Shown: positions 16,796 to 23,500 of the stretch, piece after piece
Layout of the letters: each line of letters starts with the position of its first letter
Numbering within the stretch: position 1 is the stretch's first letter
Origin: Candidatus Hermodarchaeota archaeon
GTDB taxonomy: Archaea > Asgardarchaeota > Heimdallarchaeia > Hodarchaeales > Hodarchaeaceae
Assembly (NCBI GenBank): GCA_048886185.1
Contig: JBHLKY010000002.1
Coordinates: 90,001-122,000, forward strand
Length of the DNA: 32,000 nt
Direction of reading: 5' to 3'
Made by a program: the position numbers and the translations under genes
The notes under the pieces: model-generated
Told to the model about the DNA's origin: nothing
The model's input: only the letters and a program-made list of their open reading frames with translations
The model's database searches: none

Positions 16796-17749
16796 CTATA
16801 ATCTTCTATGGTTAAAAAGTGAGTCCTCTTCCCATAGTTCAACATTTAATTGTTTCCAGCGTGTTGTAATCCGTCCTTGTCTTCTAGCGATTTCAGCACC
16901 CATCCATATCCACTTTCTTGTCAGGAGAATTATTCTCTCAACCCCCATGAACTCTAGAGGTGGTATACTTAGAATCTCATTCAAAATAGAGTTGATCATT
17001 AGTTCATCAATTTTGTCTTCCTGTACAATGATCCATACGATGCCGCCTGATTCTTGATCGATTCCAATTAGGTCTATTGTACCGGCGATTTGACTTGGAA
17101 CTATCGAACTCAAGTAGAAACATTGAAATGCTTTGTGATCTGTTAATGCACGAAGAATTATGTCAACCCTCCGATGTTCTGATCGAGTAATTAAGGAATT
17201 ATGAATTGATCGAATGATATTTGCCTTTTTTGCAAATATATCCCATAGTAATGATTTTTTATCCGCTATTTCTCCTTTGGGACTGTATATAAGGTCAGAG
17301 TGGAACATCAGATCAATAATATGTGAAGTTTCTAATCGATCATACTCAATCAAGTCCGTAACAAAATTCTTTGGTAGAATTATACTCCCACGAGAATAAA
17401 ACCATGTTCGCTTAATTTGATCTACAGGCCGAATACTCGTTTCAGTGCTCTTCAATCTAAACCCAAAAGCAATTCCCATCTGCTGAGCTCTTTCAACTGT
17501 CATTTCTGTCACCGTTGAATCACAAGATGGACATCTATACTCTGAACTGCTTCGGGTTCTTCCTAGAACATCATTACATAAATATTTCATTTGACAGTTA
17601 CGACAGTAGTAAAGGATATCCTGTCCTTGAGTTTTCACATCTTTCTCTCGTGTGTGTTTGCACACCTCACAGGGTCCATCACATACGACCTTGACATCAT
17701 AATCAGAGCTCTCTAATTGTTCTGAAGACACTCCTAAATCTCCAATCAT
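16796..17749 (-). CDS. Multi-Cys zinc-binding protein with C-terminal degenerate PD-(D/E)xK-like domain
   Basis: N-terminal CDGPCEVC...CRNC...C...CPSC. C-terminal GTIDLIGID...IVWIIVQE...ERIILLT resembles a restriction-endonuclease-like fold lacking ExK. Confidence 0.6.
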   Translation of the reverse strand: MIGDLGVSSEQLESSDYDVKVVCDGPCEVCKHTREKDVKTQGQDILYYCRNCQMKYLCNDVLGRTRSSSEYRCPSCDSTVTEMTVERAQQMGIAFGFRLKSTETSIRPVDQIKRTWFYSRGSIILPKNFVTDLIEYDRLETSHIIDLMFHSDLIYSPKGEIADKKSLLWDIFAKKANIIRSIHNSLITRSEHRRVDIILRALTDHKAFQCFYLSSIVPSQIAGTIDLIGIDQESGGIVWIIVQEDKIDELMINSILNEILSIPPLEFMGVERIILLTRKWIWMGAEIARRQGRITTRWKQLNVELWEEDSLFNHRRL

Positions 17750-17825
17750 ATTTCGAAAATACTCCCTTTTTATACATATCCGTATATAGTTCGTTTCAAA
17801 ATGGTTAGCTCCCCTTTATTATTGA

Positions 17826-18104
17826 TCAAAATGTTATTTGAAATTCTGAGAAATGATATTCTTCAATATTTTCCCATTTTTCCTCCGTGTTTTGAATTTG
17901 AGAGTGTGGGGAGCCTTCACTTTTTGCCCATATTGCTAGCTTTTTTAATGATTCTTCAGATCCTTCAGCTACGATTTCCACCCTGCCATCGGGCAAGTTT
18001 CTAACATAACCACGGATGGATAGCTGCCTAGCAAAGTTACGAGTGTATACTCGAAAAAAAACTCCTTGAACTCTTCCTGTGACGTAGATCCTTACTCGTT
18101 TCAT
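17826..18104 (-). CDS. acyP: Acylphosphatase
   Basis: GRVQGVFFR and GYVRNLPDGRVEIVAEG signatures. 92 aa, stand-alone. Confidence 0.96.
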   Translation of the reverse strand: MKRVRIYVTGRVQGVFFRVYTRNFARQLSIRGYVRNLPDGRVEIVAEGSEESLKKLAIWAKSEGSPHSQIQNTEEKWENIEEYHFSEFQITF

Positions 18105-18169
18105 TAATTTTACCTATTATTTGTTGAAGAATATTAACAATCTTGTTCTCTTCAAACTTTTAGCGAGAA

Positions 18170-19237
18170 TTAAATCGCACGTGTTCCATTGATGAACTCT
18201 TCAAACCTTTTTACAGAATCTTGCTCGTTAACATAAACAGGTGGATATTTAAACCCGTAAGCGGATATAGAAATCAACGGACCATCTATCCCTCTATTTA
18301 TGGCTAATTTTGTGGCACGAATAACGTTGATAAGAGTTCCTGCAGCATTCGGGGCATCTACCGTTTTGATTGTGATATCAATTTTAAAGGGACTTTGAAG
18401 AAAATAGTTACCATATATCCAGAAATAACCTGTGCGTTCGTTTCCTAAAAAATCTAAATAATCAGTTGTTCCTGAAGCAATATCGTCATCTGTTAGATAG
18501 GGGAGAGTTCGTTTTATACTATCAGTTTTAATCTGTCGTTTTTCCAACCTACGCTCAGTATATAAGGTATTCATCCCCTCACTACCCCCAGAGACGTCTA
18601 ATTGATATGTATTCCGAATTCTCGCCCCAAATGAATTAAGCATTTCCAATAATCCTTTATGAATCCTTGTACCTCCTAGCTGGGATTGTAAATCGTCTCC
18701 TACCACAGCTAGGTTTGCTTTTTTGAATTTTCTCACCCATTTTTCATCAGAACATATCCGTGTTGGAGCTGCCTCAATAAATGCCACTTCTCCTTTGAGG
18801 CATGCATTTGCATAGGTATGGATCGCATCCTTTGCTCCTGAAGGTAATAACGAAATTAGCATATCTGCTTCGGCTGTTTTAATCTCTTTTACTAGATCGA
18901 CATCAGATTTTGAACTAATCTGTATAGTTTCGGCTAATAAAGGTGAAATGCCATCTAGTAATGGTCCTTTCTTTACTTCTACCCCCAAGGGTTGAGAATA
19001 CTCCACAAAACGCGGAGCAACGTTTGGATCCGCAAAGATGGCTTCTGTTATGTCTTTTCCAACCTTCCCTTCCACAACATCGAATGCAGTAACAATTTCA
19101 ATATCGTTGATCCGCAATCCCCCTATTGTTTCATATTTTAGTCCTGTTGTCTCATGCTTTGAGTAATATTCTAACGCCTGTACAAGTGCGGAAGCTGCAT
19201 TACCCACACCTACCAGAATGACTCTTGCTTTTGTCAC
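18170..19237 (-). CDS. ino1: myo-inositol-1-phosphate synthase family protein (divergent)
   Basis: GVGNAAS Rossmann motif, FDV...KVGKD, GDD, TYQL, K...KT, DAPNAAG and FKYPP. Several active-site positions are altered (see findings). Confidence 0.85.
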   Translation of the reverse strand: MTKARVILVGVGNAASALVQALEYYSKHETTGLKYETIGGLRINDIEIVTAFDVVEGKVGKDITEAIFADPNVAPRFVEYSQPLGVEVKKGPLLDGISPLLAETIQISSKSDVDLVKEIKTAEADMLISLLPSGAKDAIHTYANACLKGEVAFIEAAPTRICSDEKWVRKFKKANLAVVGDDLQSQLGGTRIHKGLLEMLNSFGARIRNTYQLDVSGGSEGMNTLYTERRLEKRQIKTDSIKRTLPYLTDDDIASGTTDYLDFLGNERTGYFWIYGNYFLQSPFKIDITIKTVDAPNAAGTLINVIRATKLAINRGIDGPLISISAYGFKYPPVYVNEQDSVKRFEEFINGTRAI

Positions 19238-19417
19238 TATTGTAACATCCTAATAGTAAATATCCATTATAAACGAATACAAGGGAATTGAAAAGTGATT
19301 AAGAACTTTTTTAGTATTTGAGGGAAAAAAATAAATCTTCTCCCCTAATCCAAATAATGTTGCGGTCTACGAAAACGACTTTTTATGAGAAATGACGACT
19401 GATAACAAAGTTGATTG

Positions 19418-19582
19418 ATGAATCAGCAAAAAAATTTCATATAACCGTGTTTTACTACTGGCTCCTTTATTTTTCATTATTATTGTTTTCTTAAAACTCG
19501 TAAAATCATCATTTAAAATAAGAACGCATTGATGAAGAGATTTGTCACCGAAAATGCTATCAATTGACTCAATGAATCAGCA
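19418..19582. repeat. 11-bp direct repeat ATGAATCAGCA (19418-19428 and 19572-19582)
   Basis: Both copies read directly in the intergenic region between divergent genes. TGACTCA at 19566-19572 adjoins the second copy. Confidence 0.5.
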
Positions 19583-19795
19583 TTTATGGGGATGAAGGAT
19601 AGATAGTAATGATAATATGACTTAATTAGGGGATTACCCTTTTTGTCGGCAATAACAATCCTAATGTAATGTTTTATCATCATAATACATTAAATTGATA
19701 CGATATTTCGGATGAGTTTTTAAAGAAAAATATTATTAGATCTTATTAGACATCTATTAATAGATAAATAAAAGCCTTCAGGACGGACAAATCCG

Positions 19796-20551
19796 GTGGT
19801 AAAACTTTTCAAAAGGAAGTCTCAACAACACACAAGAGATTTTAAGTTTGAAACCTCCTTAAAATTAAAAGAGCTCCCATTAGAGGAATATGCCCATGTA
19901 GCACATTCTTTTCAAGTGGCAATTCTTCGTTTTGAACGTATGCTTAAGGAAAGCTTGCTCGAAGGATATATCACTTCCACGACTTTAGAAAAAGTATCAC
20001 AGGAACTTAATCTTGCTGCCGTCCGAAATATGGAAATTCCAGACACGCCTTCTTTGCAAACAATTTTTGGTTCGGAATCGGTTAAGACTCAAGCAAAAAA
20101 ACTTACTCCAGCTGTCGAAGCTGCTGAAGCTCCCACTCCAGCGTCTATTACTCAGCCAATCCCTGTTGCTACTCCCTCCTTCACTCCTCCTGAACCCTCA
20201 CCAGATGTTCGACCTTCTATCATGGATAGTTCCACAAAAATATCCACTACTCGTCCAAAAATAAGTTTTTCTTTCCCTGAAACCACAGAGGAACCAAAGG
20301 AAGTTACATCATCCCCTACTCCGACTCCTTCACCAGGAGAAGCATCAAAGAAGGAAATTACACCTCCCACAATTCCGAAAATATCCTTTCCCGCACTATC
20401 TAAACCACCAACAATCCCTTCAATAAGTCCATTAGCTCAGTCTACAGGACGTCGTGAAGAAGATCGGGCTACTGGAATAGCTATTCTTCGAAAACAGATG
20501 CTTACTGAATTGAAGAAGATCCGTTCAGTTGTTTCTGAACAAGATCGTTAG
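19796..20551 (+). CDS. Hypothetical protein: helical N-terminus, Pro/Ser/Thr-rich linker, C-terminal amphipathic helix
   Basis: GTG start, 251 aa, on the strand opposite both flanking genes with no competing long ORF, followed by a T8 tract. Confidence 0.7.
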   Translation: MVKLFKRKSQQHTRDFKFETSLKLKELPLEEYAHVAHSFQVAILRFERMLKESLLEGYITSTTLEKVSQELNLAAVRNMEIPDTPSLQTIFGSESVKTQAKKLTPAVEAAEAPTPASITQPIPVATPSFTPPEPSPDVRPSIMDSSTKISTTRPKISFSFPETTEEPKEVTSSPTPTPSPGEASKKEITPPTIPKISFPALSKPPTIPSISPLAQSTGRREEDRATGIAILRKQMLTELKKIRSVVSEQDR

Positions 20552-20579
20552 ATATAGCCCAATTCACATATATTTGAAG

Positions 20580-20587
20580 TTTTTTTT
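20580..20587 (+). terminator. T8 tract overlapping the stop of the convergent alpha-2-macroglobulin gene
   Basis: Eight Ts 28 nt after the stop at 20551. Confidence 0.35.
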
Positions 20588-23500
20588 AACGCCATGACTG
20601 CTCTCTAAATCTTTTTCTGACAATCAAACTAGCTGAAGTTCCTGTGATAGTAGCCACGATAATGAGACCTATTATTGAAAAAACAGGAACAACAAGGTCT
20701 TCAATCTCGATAAATTGTTTAAACGACTCGGTGACAAGTACATTCCCTGCAAGGTCAATAATCTCTAAATAAATCTGACTCTCGCCATCATTTAATCCTG
20801 TCGCAAGAACTTTCCAAGTTTCTTGATCTTCTGAACACTCGAACACCTTCCAAGAAGATTGTTTTATAAAAACACGAACACTAGCGATTCCCCAGTTATC
20901 TGAAGCGGTAACTTCTATATCAAGTACGCCCTTTGATGCAAGAAGAGTTTCTTCCAAAATTATCGATTCAAGAATAGGGATTTGAAGATCTTTGATAACT
21001 GCGCCTGTTGAAGGATCTATTGGTACTCGGGTATCACCTAGAATTTCAGCAGAGCTACTTTCAACCCAATCATCATACATACTTGATAATTTCGCTGGAG
21101 ACACGAGTGATTGTCTTACATTCATGACAACAAGGCCATATTTGATTTCAGTGGATCCAATCTTCAACTCAGGGAAGAAAAAGGTTATTCCTGTTGCAGT
21201 AATCTGATAGGTACCAGTTAAATGCTTAATAGTATTCTCGTCGAGTTCAAAACCGATTGGGATGTTGTCTTCTAGCATTAGAAAATTCTCAACTTCTTTG
21301 TAATTATTAACTGTTAAAGTCACATAGATCAATTCACCCTTTTTTAATCCATTGACTTTTGAATAACTTCGATCTAATTCAATTTCAGTCGAACTATCTG
21401 TTTTTAATTTTGAATTTTTGATATTTATTGTCAAAGGATTGATAGGAACAGATGAAATGCCTAATATAATACCTCCTGCCGGATTAGAGACCTCTAACTG
21501 GACAGGTCCGTACTTCCGAGTGATGATTCCAGGTGAAAATTGAGTTAGATCTCCATTTGACAACTGATAACTGATTTCAAAGCCAGGAATTTCGTAAATT
21601 CCTGATTGAGAAGGAGAATTATAATTGAATCTGATTTCTGTCTGTTGAGTGAGGTGAGTAATTGAATAAGGTTGATTAATAGTTGGTGTCAGCTCTCCAT
21701 CAAGGGGTACAATTGATAGATTATATGCAAAGACATTTGACGAAATTGGTATCATTGTAACAGGAAGTGTAACTTGTTGTCCGTGATAGCTACTTAACTT
21801 AGTTGGAAGGCTAATAGATGGTAAACTTCGAAGGATCTGATTACCATGGAAGTAATAGCTTACATTACCGAGTCCTTCTTTCATCAATTCGATATGGTTC
21901 TCCCCAGCACGGAGATATCTTTCAAGATCAATATAGTATGTGGGTTGAGATGAAGTAGAAAGACTGTAGTTTTCAATTAAATTATCATTAACAACTAAGG
22001 TGACCTTAGCATCTTCATCAGAGCTAATTTCACTTTCGCTCAAAGCAATTATTGTGGAAATCGCAGCTACAGTATCAGCAGTATTACCCCATCCGTACCA
22101 AGATTGACGTTGTAATAACCATTGGATTGCAGAGCGAATGATGGGCATTGAGGCCGCTGGATCGTTCACAACCAATCCTTTTAAAGCCAATGCGGTGATT
22201 TCAACATCACCCCCGAGAGCTCGCCAATAATGCTCATCTGAAGAATATGTCCAGTAGTAACCAATAGAAGAAAGTCGAACTTCATTTTTCAAATAATTAA
22301 GAAGTGTTATTTCAAAGGAAGATTGACCGAATCCTGATCCAGGAACACTATCTAGATATAATCCTGCCAAGTATGTGGAGCGTTTATCTATATCATTCCA
22401 TGCTGCGCTAATATATGTTACAGCGTCCGTTATTGTTGTCGTTGAGTCAAGTACATCAACCCATTGTAAAATTGATCTCAACACAAATCCTGTGAAAGAA
22501 GTTTGATCAATACCTCTCCAAGAGTCAGGTGTCCAACTTCCATCTTGGTTTTGGTGACTACGTAACATATCGATTGCATCCGAAACAACGTTAGGATCGA
22601 TATAGAAACCACTCTTGTTTACAATTCCTAATCCATATAGTACTAGACTAGTCATATAGACACGTGATGAATCATCGTGCCACCAACCCCATCCACCATC
22701 CCTGTGTTGTTGACTATAGATACGAGATAACCCAGAAACAACCATATCACGAATTATTTCCTCTGTTTCATCTGTAAGCTGATCAATCTTTTCAAGATAC
22801 TTCAGAATAAGAGCATCAGGAATGAGGCAAGAAATCGTTTGTTCTGTACAACCATAAGGATAATTTAGTAGCCTTTCCCATGATGTGAGTGCTATTGAAC
22901 CCAAACCGAGGGACAGTTCGAGAAATTCTGATTGCTGAACTGATTCTGAATAACGGATGTATGAAAAACTTGGGTCACTTGAAATAAAACCGCTGGTTTT
23001 AAAATCAGAAGTAACCCCATTAGGAATGATCTCTAGAGGTTTACGAATGGCATCCTCATAACGAGTCGCATCCATCGTTGTGTCACCATAAAGGGTAACG
23101 TTAAAGATTCCGATATCTTGAGCCAAGCATGACCAACCGATAGATCCTAAGAATCCACTTGGTAACATTAATGATTGAGTATTACGACCTAATGTTAAAA
23201 TTCCAGATTCAGTTTCAAGCTCAAGGGTTATGTTCACAAGTGCTTCAAGATAATTGTAAACTATTCCTTTGAGAACGAATACCTCATCCTGCAATACGAA
23301 TGGTTCTTTATTAATTTCTACGAAGAATGGAAGAAAAGTTTTGAAGGAGTACTTACTCAAAACTCCTTTTCCTGAGTCTGTAGTCGCCACAACTCGTACA
23401 GTCCACTCACCAATAGTGTCTGGGAGAGGTAATTCTATCTCAAGCTGTCCATCTTCTACAATCACATTAGGACTCCAATAAGCATTTTCAGGAAGATTGT

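Noticed and set aside
17826-18104. Acylphosphatase as a fragment of hypF
   Set aside because: It is a complete stand-alone 92-aa gene with its own stop and no zinc-finger or Kae1 domains following.
20586-20700. A2M C-terminus as a GPI-attachment signal matching the PIG-B-like gene
   Set aside because: The hydrophobic segment is followed by a basic cytoplasmic tail (RKRFREQSWR), which indicates a type I TM anchor. GPI signals end in the hydrophobic stretch.
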